From contig NC_089430.1 in assembly GCF_026210795.1 (NCBI RefSeq), positions 4,836,001 to 4,900,000 of the forward strand: a DNA stretch of 64,000 bases, given 5' to 3'. Below, one piece after another: positions 26,304 to 41,356 of this stretch. Each line of letters starts with the position of its first letter. Position 1 is the stretch's first letter. Source of the stretch: Rhizophagus irregularis (taxonomy: Eukaryota). The translations under genes were made by a program, and so were the position numbers. Under the pieces are notes generated by a model, which worked only from the letters and a program-made list of their open reading frames with translations, had not been told where the DNA came from and did no database searches.

Positions 26304-29300
26304 ATGTTAAAAGAAACGAAAGAAACCGACCCTAAAGAATCAAATTATTATGTCGATTGGTTAGACAAATCGATTGCAAATGAATACTTCAATTATTATG
26401 AATTTTCGGAATTTAAAAATTTAGAACTTATAGGAAGTGGTTCATATGGAAGTGTCATTCGTGCTAATTGGAAAAATATTGAAAATTTTTTCGCTTTAAA
26501 AACTTTTAAAAATTATGACAATATAATGTTAAAAGAACTTGTTAATGAGGTAATTAATCTCGGCTATCTTCATAAATTTTACAAATTGAAATTAAAATAT
26601 GATTTCTTTTCCAGATAAAATTACAAAAAAGAGTTGATTTTCACGAGAATATTATACGGTTTTATGGCATCACGAAAGTGGAAGCTGGTAAGATTCAAGT
26701 GCTAGCATGTGTTACATTAACGTTTTGGTTTAACACACTCTTTTTTATCTAGAAAAATATTCGTTAGTCTTAGAATACGCCGACAATGGTACACTAAAAA
26801 CTTATTTAAATAATCATTTTAATGGACTTAATTGGATTGATAAATATCAGTTGGCATTTCAACTAGCTAATGCAGTAGAATGTTTACATGATTGTAATAT
26901 TATACATCGTGATCTGGTAATAACAAATTACTAACTTATAATTTGCTATTTTAATTATAATCGTATCGTACTAAGGTTTTCATTTATAATAATAGCATGC
27001 AGATAATATACTTGTACATGGGAAAAAGATAAAGTTAACAGACTTTGGTTTATCAAAAAAAATTTCTGAAGCATCAAGCAAAACATCAAAAATATTTGGT
27101 GTAATACCTTTTATCGATTCAAAAAAATTATATGATCAAGGTTACAAATTAAACAAGAAATCTGATGTATATAGCGTCGGAGTTTTGATGTGGCAAATTT
27201 CAAGTGGCCGTCAACCTTTTTCTGATTATAATTATGATGCAATTTTATCCTTGTCCATAGCAAATGGCAAGCGAGAAGAAATTATTGACGGTACTCCTAA
27301 AGAATATTGTGACTTATTTGCAGGTAATGAATATGATTATAAATATTTTTAATTCATTAATTCATTTATTAATGTGATTTATTTTAACCAGAATGTTGGA
27401 AAGATGATCCAGATGAACGTCCAAATATACAAAATGTCGTTTCTATTCTTTATGAAATAATATTTCCCAAACAAGAAGGTATAACTATTACTGATAATGT
27501 TAATAAAGAAAAAGAAAATAACCAACTGAAAAAATTTGAACCAATTTCTAAATCAATCGAAACCATGGAATTAAATAATGAATTGATATCATATAATGGA
27601 TTAAATATAAGTTGTGAAAATAATTTATCAAGTTCATCAATTCAAACAAATATATCAAAAATTTCATATGGGTCAACATTTGATAAGACTAATAATATAA
27701 TTGTTCAAAAGTTAATTAAGGTTATAAATAGAAAACATGATAAGGAAAGTATTAATTTTCGAGATTTTCAACAATTTATCAATCAACAAGTATTTGAATT
27801 AAATCTAAGTTCAAATAATCTTATTAAATGGCTAACTAAACAAGTAAATCCACAATATAATTATTTACTTGGACTACTTTATTATTATAACATCTGTACA
27901 GAAGAAAATAGTACAAAGCATTGGAATTATTCTTGAAAGCATCTAAAGACAATTATTTGACTGCACAAGTTTATCTTGGAAAATGTTATAATGATGGATA
28001 TGGAATTAAATGTAATAAAAATTTGGCATTTGATTGGTATCGAAAATCTGCGGAGAATGACAGTATAATTGGACAATTTTATTTGGGAAATTGTTATGAA
28101 TTTGGCATTGGAACTGCAAAAGATTTTATAAAATCAGTACATTGGTATAAAAAAGCGGCAAAAAGAGGAAATACAAGTGCAAAACTAAATCTTGCAAACT
28201 GTTATAGATTAGGAAAAGGTGTTGAAAAAGATGAAATTAAAGCGTTCATGTATTATAAAATTTTAGCCAAACAAGAAATTTCAGATGCTCAATGTCAACT
28301 GGGAGATTGTTATTATAATGGGATTGGAACGAAAATAGATGAAATACAAGCTAAATGTTGGTATGAAAAGGCAACAAAAAATGGAAACATTGTTGCAAAA
28401 GATAATCTTTTAAAGTACTATGATAAAAGACAAAAGTTAAAAATAAGTAATATTAAGGAAATTAAATTTCAAAAAAGATTAAGTTTTAAAGGTTTCAAAT
28501 ACTTTATGACTAAATTTACAAAAATTAATCAAGAAAATATATTTAGCATAGTTCAAATAGTGGCAGAAAATAAAAATAAAGGGTTGCCATTTGATTTAAT
28601 TAATCACTATAAAAAAGATAAAGGTGTAAGAAAAGATGGAAGAAAAGCTTTTGAATTCCATAGACTTTTAGCTGAACAAGGATATATAAATGCAAAATTT
28701 CAACTTGGATATTGTTATGATGAAGGAATTGGAATTGATATTAGTAAAGTAAAAGCATTTGAATTATATAAAGTAGCAGCAGAAAAAGGAAATAATGAAG
28801 CACAATATAATTTGAGTATTTTATATGAATTAGGAGAAGGAGTTGATAAAAATGAGGAAAAAGCATTTGAAATAATTAAAAAATTAGCAGAAAAAGGAGA
28901 TCCGGATGCAAATTATAAACTTGCTTACTACTATAATAAAGGAATCGGAACTGAAATTAATAAATCAAAAGCATATGAATCATATAATATAGCAGCTGAA
29001 ACAGGAAACAATGAAGCACGATTTAATTTAGCCATATTATATCAATTTGGAGTTAGTGATGATAAGAAGAAAGCATTTAAATTAATGAAAGATTTAGCGG
29101 AAAAAGATGATGTAAATGCTCAATTCAAACTTGGATATTATTATGATGAAGGAATTGGAACTAAAATTAATAAATCAAAGGCATTTGAATTATATAATAT
29201 AGCAGCTGAAAAGGGGAGCAATGAAGCACGATTTAATTTATTTAATTTAGCCATATTATATCAGCTTGGAGATGGAGTTAATGAAGATAAGAAGAAAGCA

Positions 29301-30542
29301 TTTGAATTAATGAAAGGTTTAGCAAAAAAAGATGATGTAAATGCTCAATTCAAACTTGGATATTATTATAATGAAGGAATTGGTACTGAAATTAATAAAT
29401 CAAAAGCGTTTGAATTATATAGTATAGCAGCTGAAAAAGGCATTAAGGCACAATATAATTTGGCCATTTTATATCAATATGGAGAAGGTATTAATAAAGA
29501 TGAAAAGAAAGCGTTTGAATTAATAGAAAACCTAGCCGCCGAAAATGATTTAGATGCTCAATTACAGCTTGGATATTATTATTATGAAGGAATTGGAACT
29601 GAAATTAATAAATCAAAAGCATTTGAATTGTCTAAAGTAGCAGCAGAAAAAGGAAATACTGATGCACAATTTATTTTAGGTACATTATATCAAATTGGAG
29701 AAGGAGTTGCTAAAAATGAGAAAAAAGCATTTGAATTAATAAAAGATTTAGCTGAAACAGATTATTCAGATGCTCAATTTCAACTTGGATATTATTATAA
29801 CGAAGGAATTGGGATCAAAAGAGATCTTAAAAATTCCTTTTACTGGCACCAAAAAGCAGCAGAAAATGGCAATAAAACCGCACAGTATGATATAGGTGAA
29901 AGCTATGAATTAGGAATTGGGACTGATAAAGATTTAATTAAAGCATTTTATTTTTATGCAAAATCGGCTGAAAATGGAGATATTTGTGCAAAATTTCAAC
30001 TTGGATACTGCTATATAAATGGTATTGGAACGGAAATTAATAAAGTAAAAGGATTTGAATTATATAATGAGGCGGCTGGCACTAATATCCAAATTAACCT
30101 TATTGAAAATGATGAAGAAATAGTAAATGATTTAGACAAAGTTAATTATTAGTATCACAAAGCTGCAGAAAATGACAGTAAACTTGCATTATATAAATTA
30201 GGTGAATTTTATGAAGCGGGCATAGGTGTTTGTAAAAATGAAACACGGGCTTTTGAATTCTATAAGGAATCAGCTGATCAAGGGTATATAGATGCTCAAT
30301 ACAAAGTTGGGTATATTTATAATTATGGAACCCAAATTGATATTGATAAAGAAAAAGCATTTAATCACATTAAGATTGCTGCAAAAGGAGGAAATGTTGA
30401 TGCACAATACAGCCTCGCATCTTTATATGAACAAGGAGTAGGAACTGAAAAAAATACCGAGAATGCCATTTATTGGTACAAGAAAGCCGCAGAAAATGGA
30501 TGCCAGGAAGCTGAAAAAGGTTTAAACTTATTATTAAAATAA
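26304..30542 (+). pseudogene. Kinase + Sel1-like-repeat protein, disrupted by a frameshift (~27917) and a premature TAG (30150-30152)
   Basis: Kinase exons ~26304-26549, 26615-26686, 26753-26915, 26996-27323, then 27392 onward: GSGSYG, FALK, HRDL|HADN, DFG, DVYSVG. Many Sel1 repeats follow (AQFQLGYYYxEGIGT). The frame continues after the TAG (expected TGG in YWYHKAAE) to TAA at 30540-30542. Confidence 0.8.
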
Positions 30543-30759
30543 ATAAATAATCATAAATCCTAAAAAATTTTATCTTTTCGTAAAATTTCGGTTAGTTGCT
30601 TATTATTATTAAAGAAAACACAATAAAAAAAAGATCAATTTTCAATAGATTATTAATAATAACTATGGTTATGTGTCATATTTGTATTGTTCGTTTTACT
30701 ATTTAATATAAAAATTTATGCCATTTTCAAAAATATTTTATTTTTGTTATTATTTTTAT

Positions 30760-33560
30760 TATCAACGTGGACGAAGCCAGTAAATAGGAAATGATAAAAT
30801 AACAACAAAAATTCTCTATGGTGACGTAATGAAACAAGAAATATTATAAAAAAGAAGTCAGACGCGTGACAGTATCGCGGGAAGAAGTAGAAGGATCATG
30901 ACGTGATTGCTTTTTAAAGTAGTGATGGTATCTTTTCTTTTTTTTTAGTGATATTGTGTGAAAGTTCCCAGAGTTTAAACTGGGCGGAACGTTCTGACCA
31001 GGTAGCGCGACCAAGGTCTTGAGTTAAGTTCTGTAGGTAAGTGATGAGTAATAGATCTCGGATAGAACGTTTGCCTATATAATTATAAAATAAACTAGAT
31101 AGTTCTGACGGACCAATATGATGAATAAGAAGTATGCAAGGATGCGTTGCTGGTAAAGAGATTGATATTTAATCGTTTGATGGGAGTGTAAATGGAGGTG
31201 ATGCGTTGATGCGATCAGCGATGTCAAATATGAATCCTGAAGCTTTATCCGTTGAGGTTGAGATCAGAATTTCTTTGTGTTTCAAAAGTATTGTTTTGAT
31301 ATTAGAGTAATGTCAGAGACATAACCCGACATGCATATTGGAATCGGTCAAGGACGCACATTCGACGCTCATTATTTGATGGGTAGAGTTTGGTATAAAA
31401 TATCTGTAGTTGGGTATAAGAAGTTCGACTTTTGATTTTAGAACCTTGTATTCTTGACAGTTTTTCGCTGGTGGAAAAAAAAGAATGTTATGTACAAGTG
31501 AGAAAAAAAACTAAAATTGTACCAATACTTAATATAGAAATTTATTAATCATACCGCGTTTTTTTTTTTGATTTTAAATCTTTATGCATGACTAATATAC
31601 TCACAATGTATAGGGGAGTCCGTTGGGTTATGACTTAACCATAGTTTAGTGTAAGACCAGTCTATTTGCTCGTCGAGTATGTATTGCTCTATGGGTTTAA
31701 GAGATGTTTTGTTTAATAAAGAATTAAAGGTACGTACTTGTATGAGAGTATTACTCCATTGATTTGATAAATCCTAAAGATGAGACATTGAAAATTTAAA
31801 GTTAACTATGATTGGGTCTTTCAAGTTAGATCCGACTGAAGCGATTCTGTCCGCTTCTTCATTAAATTTGCGCTTTGGCCTTTTTAAGGATGAGATGAAT
31901 AGTTCGGTTCTCTATGATCCAAAAAGTGAGGTCCCAAATTAAGTAGTTGTTTTGCTAATTTCAATATATTTTTTGTATTTAACATGTAACTTGTTCTTCT
32001 ACATTTACAGAAATAAAAATGCGTTTATCAATTAAAAAAAAAAGTAGTTGTTTTGTTTAAGTTTCGTCTGGGGCTAAGCGTTTGTGATTTTAATCTTTTT
32101 TCGTAAACGGAGATGCAGTTTGAAGAGTCGGTGAAAATGGTACAGGTACTATTGAATGACAGAGTAATCAAAGATGTCAAAATTCCCGTCGCTTCACTTT
32201 TAGTTTGCGAAGGGAAAAAAACTGTTTATTATTTCGAACTTATTTTACTCGTAATATTCTTTATTATCTCTTCATATTCCTTTTCATCCATTCCTAATTT
32301 TAATTCTGTCCTCACTTCTTTCGTATAATTTTAACCTTTATTTATAATAATATTTTCTCCCATTATTTATTATTCTCATTAACTCTGTAAAAACTTTTCC
32401 TTGTTCTATCGCTTCTTTTATCTGATTATTTATCCAATTTCCATTGGATCCTTTAAAGGAAAGTTTTGGTGTGGAGGATGAGCTTGAATCCAGCCGTAGC
32501 CGCTAGTGCATTGTCTAGTTCCTATCTGTTTAACCGATTCGTCTGTGTAAAAATGGAAATTGTTGTATTTAAAAAAGTTCAACGTGATTCTGATTGATAG
32601 CATCTTTGCAAATTAAGGCTGATCCGATTAGTTGAGTGATGTGATATATAGTTTTGGATATATCGTGATCCGATGAAATTGAAGGAAGTGTATGAAAGGG
32701 AGTTTTGTTATTCAAAAGAAGAAAATTTTCGTATGCTAAATGTTTTAAAGTTTAGTAGCAATAAAGAATTTTGTTTTGATGCTTCGATGTTCAGCTGATT
32801 TGAGAAGGTGAACTTTAAAGAGTAATAGTCCTAAAATGTCGAAATTGTGTGTGATGAAATAGTTGGTTATGTGTGTTTTTTTAGTGTTTAATGGATATTG
32901 ATCGTGATGTAGTCTATATAGTACTCGTATGGAGTGTTATTATTGATTATTTCAATGTTGGTTATGTGTTCTTCGTTAGTTATATGATTTGTTTGTCGAT
33001 TATATTCAGTTTATGATTATTGTGGTTTGTGTAATTTTGTGGCGTTTCTTTCAATTTTTTGTTTGTTCTATGTTATCATGTGTTATGTCACGGGATATTG
33101 TGTTATTATCATTATCGATAACAGATGGATAGTGTGATAATGTTGTTTCTATGTGATCAAGCATTTGTTCATCTTGTTTGTCATAAGCGTCACGTTTTCG
33201 GGGTATAGTAGTACCAGTAAAATCGTTATTCCTTGTAGTTGTGTCCATCATAAAAAAAAAATAAAATAAATAAAATTGTACGATGTATATTAAAAACAAA
33301 AGTTGGGTTTTAAATGAAAGGGGTTTCCATGAAGTAATCAGATGAAATAAAATATTGATATATATATTATATTTATTGCCAGATTCCGAGGACTCTACCT
33401 ACTGAAGAGTATCTGGTGTTACATGATTGTGGGTTCAGCCGTGTTAGAGCCTTAGAGGTATTATCCGATGTAGTTTAGTCGATTTGGGTGAATTAGTTAG
33501 TGTATGATTCAAAGAATTCTTGGAAATTTGAATCTTATGGTTCGGAAACTATTTGGGAGT
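30760..33560 (-). mobile_element. Heavily decayed LINE-like retrotransposon 3' portion (RNase H and Cys/His remnants)
   Basis: Minus-strand remnants FHFYTDES (~32560-32535; RNase H FYTDGS-like), NEEADRIA (~31864-31841) and C...DSNMHVGLC (~31365-31315); many stops; boundaries approximate. Confidence 0.55.
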
Positions 33561-34827
33561 CGCATTTTTTGAAAATTAATGACGCGTTTCCTCATGTTGC
33601 CATTTTCAAAAAAAAAAGAGATCTTGTAATTGTTTTGTAAATAACTCTTATCCATTTGACACTCATGTGACTATACATTAACCACTATAATGACTATAAA
33701 TATGAAGCACGTAATAAAAGCAATCTAGTAATTGTTGAAAACAGAAAGTGTTTGGGCTGAACCGTTTGAGTCATTTGAAAGTACTAATGAAGAATTATTA
33801 GCTAATTGAAATATTCTTTCCTAGTCATACTTAAAAATTAATGTTATATTGTGCCCAGATAAGGATTCTTTAACGTCTAAAAAAAATCTTTCTTCTATTT
33901 TCATAATTTATTATATTCAATTATGAAATTTTTTTCAATGAACCAATGTTTTGCAAGTATTATTAGTTATTATATAAAAGAAATTCATTTAAACTATATT
34001 TGGCTTACCAGTACTAAATTTTAACTGATGCAGTATTTGGAATTTTAGATTCGAATTTGTATTCCTAATTTAATTATTCTTAAGTTTTGATTTTAAGTGA
34101 TATAATTATTGGCAATTATATTTATAAATTCCAATTACTTGTACTAGTATATTTAGGTCATAATATATCTGAACCTCAACTAATTAAAATCCATAAAGGA
34201 CTCATTTTTAAATTGATATGATTTAATTTAGAAATTGTTAAAAAAAATATAAATCTTACTACTGCCCCTCCCTTCTTTCCTTTTCATTTTTAATAAAGAA
34301 ATGAATCATGTGTAAAATCAAATAAACATTAAACATGGTAGAGAGCTTAAAATATTAATAAATAGTAAAATTTTCAGTATTATAATTAGGAGTTATGAAA
34401 ATATTTGATGTTTTGGAAAAAAAAAATATTAAATTAATTTTTAAATTCATCTTGTATTTATTTATATATGTCAATAAAAATAATAGAATTAGTATTAAAT
34501 ACTCTAAAATTGAAAAAGGTCTTAAACTTTCACGATTTCAATCATGTAACATACTAAACCGTTAGATTTAATTTGACATAGAAGGTATTCTTGTCGATTT
34601 TTATTTCATTGTTATAAAAAATTTATATTAATTAATATTCCAATTTTAAGCGTAGAAATGTTATGGATTTTCCCGTTATGCAATTCAAATTATTTCAGAA
34701 GAATTTACTGATATTGTAATATTATAAAATTTATTTATGAAACTTTCCATCATTCTTATAACTAATTATATAAATAACTTACACAGTACGAAATGATTTT
34801 AATGAAAATTTCATATAATCATCTAAG

Positions 34828-35065
34828 TTATTGGTCTATAGTTACAATAAAAGCCCCAATTTCTTCAATTATAAAAGTATTACCTTCTTTGTAAATTATT
34901 TTCATATAACGATTATAAGTATATAAATTTTGAACTTCCATATATAATGAATCCCAACCAAAATTAAAACCGGTACTAATATTATCTAATGTAGCTTTAG
35001 AATTATTTACCACACGACTAATTTCATATTTTCATATCTTCATTATTTTCAAATGAAAAGATTTT
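34828..35065 (-). pseudogene. Probable TLDc-domain C-terminal remnant
   Basis: Frameshifted IFSFENNEDM/NMKISRVVNNSKA...GFNFGWDSLYM...FIIEEIGAF resembles the end of TLDc domains; recognised by eye only. Confidence 0.4.
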
Positions 35066-36890
35066 ATCAGATTGTTGAATTTAATTAAAACTAGACTAAC
35101 TACTTGACCTTTACATTTATTCTTAAATGAATTAATATCAAATCGATAAATAAGGTAATTTACATACTTTCAGTACGAATAAATAAAGGATTTTTTTATC
35201 AATCCAATTGGAAATTATATTCACAAATCACAAGTTACAATTTGAATAACACTATATAATTTAGGTTGATCAACTAAATAATACGTCATGATATTTTCAT
35301 AATGTCGTTAGGAATAAGCCTTAAGAATAACGATACTGTAATCATCGGCATGATTTTATTTTACCGAAAAAAGGCAAAAGGTCGATAAAGTTCATGTGCT
35401 CGAATGCGCGAATAATTTTTTGGTTAAAATTCATGTCAATCAATGACCTATGGCTTCTGAAAACACGCACATAAGCACGATCAACATTTTTCTGATTTTT
35501 GTTTGTTCAAAGACTTCATGACGTCATAATAATATTATTTGATCATATGATATCATTTATCAGAGAAATATTTTTCATATTTTAAACTATTATTAAAGTT
35601 TATTCATACCACCTACATTCATTTAACTTTCAGAATGAGACTGAATTTCCAAGATATTGTGTAAAAAAATAAAAGCACATTAATAAATAAAAATCATGGC
35701 TGATAAGTTGTATATCGAACATATTGGACCTTTAATAAGTTTCTGTTAAGATCGTTTTGCTTAAATAATTTTTTTTTTTTAATGATCATTTAATTTACTT
35801 TTCACCAAGTATTTTTTTAACTGTGGTGTAGTTATTCTGTTATTATATATAATTATGTATAAAGGAAATCAGGAAATCAGAAAATTAAATCAAAAATTAA
35901 ATCAACAATCAAAATTAAGCTCAAAATTTAAACTATTTTTACCGTTTTTGCCAAAATTGTATTACAGGTTAAACACAAAGTTCACAAATATTGCTAATAA
36001 TTTTATTGAAGATATATTGTATTATATATATGCCATTTCAAATCCTCACTATATACTGACAGCATGTTAAACCAATTTTATATATAAAAGCCTTTAGATT
36101 TTCATAAAAATATCGAAATTAGGTTTATTTACTGACTGTTCCTGGTAGGCTGTAGCGACTATATTTATCAGAAAATCTGGCAAATCACATGGATTTTCCA
36201 TGATTTTGTAATACTACACCTTTTGATAACGAATATTTGAATTTACCTTTTATTGTAAAATTATCAATATCGTCATGTTTAAATAAGTCGTGCACTAATT
36301 ACATATAAGGATTATTTACTTATTTAAAGATCCGGATACAATGTGGTCTGGAGATGTATTTGAAAATGGTTTGTTGTATTCACTGTTTACGTTTTAAAAA
36401 CAGATTTCTAAAAATGGCTCCAGTTAAGCCATAGCTGACAGTCGATGATTTGAAGTTAAGGAGAAGTCAAGTTTTTTTAATGGATTCTTTTCTAAATTTT
36501 GATGGACGTCATTCTACAAAATTGGATACAAAGAACATACAATTTTCTCTTTTATTTTATATAACTTAATGCTTAAGTATATAAAAAAAATTTATTAAAA
36601 TCCATGTTTATTGAAAATTAATAATTCGTTATACCAAAAATACTTTCAAAATAAAAATTTCGAAATAATATAATCGTGAAAATAAAGTGGTTGTAAAACT
36701 TATTTCAATTTAACATAATATGATGCTAAATTTTTATCGAATTATCCTATCAATCAATGACATTATAGAATTTTAATTGTACAATAATAAACAAAGAGAT
36801 AATATAATGTTGAGTAAAAGTATATAAAGTTGATTTAACGTAATTTGAATAAATAAAACCAAAGGTATGATAATCAACTAATTTAATAAA

Positions 36891-38260
36891 CTAAATAATC
36901 TTTGATTTGCCTGTAATATAAGAGATAAAATGAGTTAACTATTAAAATTATTTCTTAAAAAATAAATTGAAATATATACGTACCAACATTATCTTTAATT
37001 GTTAATTGAGAAATATCAATTTGTAAAGATTCTATTATTTTAATGAAATAAGATATATTAGTATTTTTCACATTTAATTCATACAAAATTATTACAGTAT
37101 TTACCTGAAAAATTTTCACTAATTATATTATCATTTTGTTCATCATAATAATCATCTGAATTTTTTGGTACTGAAAGATTATTAAAACTAAGTAATCTAC
37201 TTGTATAAACAGCTTTGGAATGTGTTTTGTATGATAAATTAATTAAAGGTATACTGCCAGTTGGTAGATTATTGTTGATTTCTTCTGCTTCCCTAATTTG
37301 TTTTTGTAATGCTGTTAATTCTGTTTCATTATCAATATGTCCAGATTCTAAATCACCGGATTCATAATACCAATGATATAAAACTTTTTCGACTTCATTT
37401 GCCGTAGGTCGATTTAATGGATTTGCATCCAAGCATCTTTTGATTAAATTCACAATTAATTGAGGTACTTTAATATTAATAAATCTTGGTCTAAGTCCTT
37501 GACAAATTTTTATTGCTAAATTTTTGTCATGGCTTACATCATGGTATGGAGGTAATCCAGAAATTACTTCATACATAATTATACCAAAACTATAAATATC
37601 AGCAGCTTTAGTATAATTTTGTCCTCTTAAAACTTCAGGAGCAATATAAGGTAAAACACCATATATACTATTTTTTGTATTTTCCGATGCATTATAATCT
37701 GCAGGTTTACATAATCCCATATCAGTTACTGTAACTTGAGATCCAAAACTAAGTATATTTCCAATATGTAAATCTCGATGAATTAGTTCTTTTTCATGAA
37801 TACTCTTAAGTCCTAGTGTAATATGCCATAAATTTACTAGCTTAGCACTCCAAGTTAATTCATAACGATTTTTATCCAAATAAGTTCTTAAACTTCCATT
37901 CTCTGCATATTCCAAAACCATCATGTAATTTTTTGTTTCTGGGTCATGTGTAATTCCATAAACTTTAGCAACCGAAATTTCTTCATCTCCAATAGTTTTA
38001 CAATGCATTGTTATCTAAATATACATTTAAAAAATCCGTTAGTAAAAATCGCATTTAAAATTAGAAATTAAGTATTACCTCATTAATGTAACGTTTTCTG
38101 AATTATTTAGACTTTCCAGTGCTACAAATGACGTCGTTTCCAATTTTCATTTATGTTATCCCAACCTCCATCAGTCCATTTGCTCTATACACTTTTCCAA
38201 AACCGCCTTTTGCAACATATTCAATATCACATAATTTTATTTTAAGGTATCCACCCTAAT
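36891..38260 (-). pseudogene. Kinase paralog: open C-lobe exon (38014-37105) plus two small tail exons; the N-lobe exon (~38260-38079) is degraded
   Basis: The C-lobe has HRDLHIGN, DMG, APE and DIYSFG with no stops. The upstream exon has WIP-stop, frameshifts around KGGFGKVYRA, and VALE in place of VALK. Confidence 0.75.
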
Positions 38261-40011
38261 ATTTGCTAATAAAGCTGATCAAAATTGATGCTGATCATAT
38301 AACACAAAATTATTTCTCATTTTTATAAATCGAATGATATGATTGATATTACAAAAATATCAAAAAATATCAAAAATGAATTTATTAACAATATTATACA
38401 GTAATAGGCAATTTGTTATCATTTTATTTAATGAAAAATTATAACCAGTCCCAGTCCTAGTCCTCAAATCTTGGATCGAAGACCGTAAAGATTGCCTTTC
38501 TAGGAACGATCTAAATTGGTTTTTAATCGGTTAGTTTTTTTTTATTTTTAGGCCATTTTTACACAACTCGTATACTTTATTAAATTATATCAAACAATTT
38601 AATTATTTTTTAATATATTCAGTTCTTAAAATTCAAAACATATTTGATGTAAAAATAAAGTTTGTGACACATACCCTTCTATTTTGTATTCTTGTGATAC
38701 GATTTATATTTTGTTTTTAGATTTTAATTCAACGATCAAATTAAACTTTTTATCTCGAAAGAAAATATTTTTTTAACTAAACTATATTTTGAAAATTTTT
38801 TAGAAATCCTGAACCACATTTTATTTTCATCATTATATTCCTTACTAATGTACGATCTTATACAGTATAACCTTAGTAATATTATTTCAATTAAAATCCC
38901 AGATTAATATTATATATATTTAAATAACTGTCATTTTGATAAAAGCTTATGGTTTGTTTAAAAATTATTAAAACCTTTTTACATAAAGAGGATTATTCCT
39001 TCATTTTTTATAACCAAAAAATCTCGTATTTTCTTTTTTTTGAGATCTCGAAATTCTATGTTTTCTAAAAAAAAAAAAAGTGTCATATAAACTTTATTAA
39101 AAAAATAATCATCTGTGTCTGTTTTAATACTAGTTTAATAGTGTTTTAATTCCTTAAAAAATGATTTAATTTATTACAATCAAACAAAAATAGAAAACAC
39201 AAATCACAAAACATTTTTATTTAAAAGGATATTTTATAATTATTTATAAAAGAAATGAAAAGTGTAAATTATTAAAGATTGAAAATTTTTTAAATTTTAT
39301 GATTTGAATTTAATCGAGATCTTAATGATTTATTGATTAAATTTTTTAAACCCGTAATAAAGGATAATGGATATTTTTATTGATACTTTAAATCTGCCAG
39401 AAATTTGTCTTTTAACCAATCAAAAAAAATATCATATTTAGTTTATTAAAATATTCTAATAAAAAAAAAAGAAACAAAAATTTATGCAGTAATTTTAAGT
39501 TGTTACTCAATAACGAGTACTAAAGTGCGAATAATGACGAACTCGATAAATGATTGGTTCTGTCACTACACGATTATCTTTTATTACGTGGTCAATAATA
39601 AACTACAATGGCATTATTAACAATGGTTTCCATTCTTTGGTATTATTTGATAAGAAATAAGAAAATTTATTCAAGCAAAATTTGTTAAATGCAATTTAAT
39701 AAAGAATACTATAAAAGAAATAGAAGTATAATCAGAAAATAACAACAACAATAATAATGTGAAATCTAAATAAATAATATATTAATAAAATAAAAAGTAA
39801 TGAACAAAATTTTTGTAAATAAACAAAAAGAATTGTATTTAATTAAAAAAATGTGTCACGAACATTACTATAACTATTATGACATGCAACAACTATGAAT
39901 TATTAAATTTCAAGTATTACACGAATACTACTTATCAAGTACAGAATAATGCGAAATAAAAAAAAAGTGTTAAGCAAAAAATTACGGACAAGAACAAACT
40001 ATTTCTAGATG

Positions 40012-41356
40012 TAGTGTTTCGATCCGGATAAAACCTCAAATATTTTAACGTGGGATTATGATTAAAAAAGGTTACAAATTTCGACTTTGAGTGGACTATA
40101 ATTTCGGCCAGAATTAAAATAATATTATTCCATAAATTTTTATTAATTTTGGTGGCCCAACCTAAATTAACCGAGCCGGTGTAAACGGTCGAATATCAAG
40201 CATGAAAAGATGATAAAATTCAACTACTAAACGTAATTGCCAAATGTTAAGAATGAACAAATTAATTATGAATTGGCGTAGATGGATAAATAATTAGCCG
40301 AAAAGGATAAACATTTAGGAAGAGTAATGGGAATCCCATAATTTTTATGAACTCGAATTTTTAGTGATATATAAACTAAATGATATCTATAATGTTGATA
40401 AACATTTAGGAAGAGTAATGATCTACATGATGTAATATTTATTGAATGATTGACAAAGAACCAATAGAATAATTAGAGTCGATCAATTGCGGCTTAGCAA
40501 TCTTTAACAATAAGAACAATTAGAAAGAATAATTATAAGCCACAAAAGATAGATTATAAGCAAAATACATAAAGCGAATTAAAAGAACATATAAAATAAT
40601 GTCGGAAAGATTAAAGAACATAAAATAATATAAAAGGTAATATAAAAAGATAGTATAAAGATGGAACATAAAAGATAACATATTAAAAAGAACATATATA
40701 AAAAGATAGCATATTAGAAAGATAGTTCAAAGATAATATGTAAAAAGAACATAAAAGATAGTATATAGATAGAATAGAAAGTAGTGTAAATTTGTATAAA
40801 TAGAGAACGGAATTCAAAGTAATTCCACAGTTCTCATCCACAGAACTCAATAAAAATATAAGTTTCATTTAATTATTTGTTAGTGAAGTTTAATATTAAT
40901 TAAAGGTAATAGGTTCGCCCTAAACTTTAATTAATGTTTGCTTAATTAATTTTAATTGAATAAAATGAAGATGAATTAAATATACGTTTTTGAAAAGTAA
41001 TAATTCGTAGCGAGAGCTATCGAAGTTTGAAATTAAAGGTAAAAGTGGATATAATTTGGGGAAAATTTAGAGAAGTTAAATTTTATTTTATATCGTTCGA
41101 CGTTTTATATTACTAACGCTATTTATGTTGTGAACCAAGAATGTTGTTGTTATATGTTATTGTATGTTGTTTGTTAATTATGCTGTTGATTATTTGCTTG
41201 TTCGTTTAATTGTTCGTTCGTTCGATTATTCGTTCGTTTGACCATGAGAATGCCCGTTCGATGTGGCAACTCTGTAAATTTATGACAGAAGGAATTGGGG
41301 GATCTTACCGGTATCCGGATAAAAACTGGATAAAACCGCTACGGATCGAAACTCTA
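40012..41356. mobile_element. Non-autonomous hAT element (1345 bp), TIR related to hAT-B
   Basis: 8-bp TSD tctagatg (40004-40011, 41357-41364); TIR tagtgtttcgatccg / cggatcgaaactcta (14/15); ccggataaaa subterminal motifs. Confidence 0.85.
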
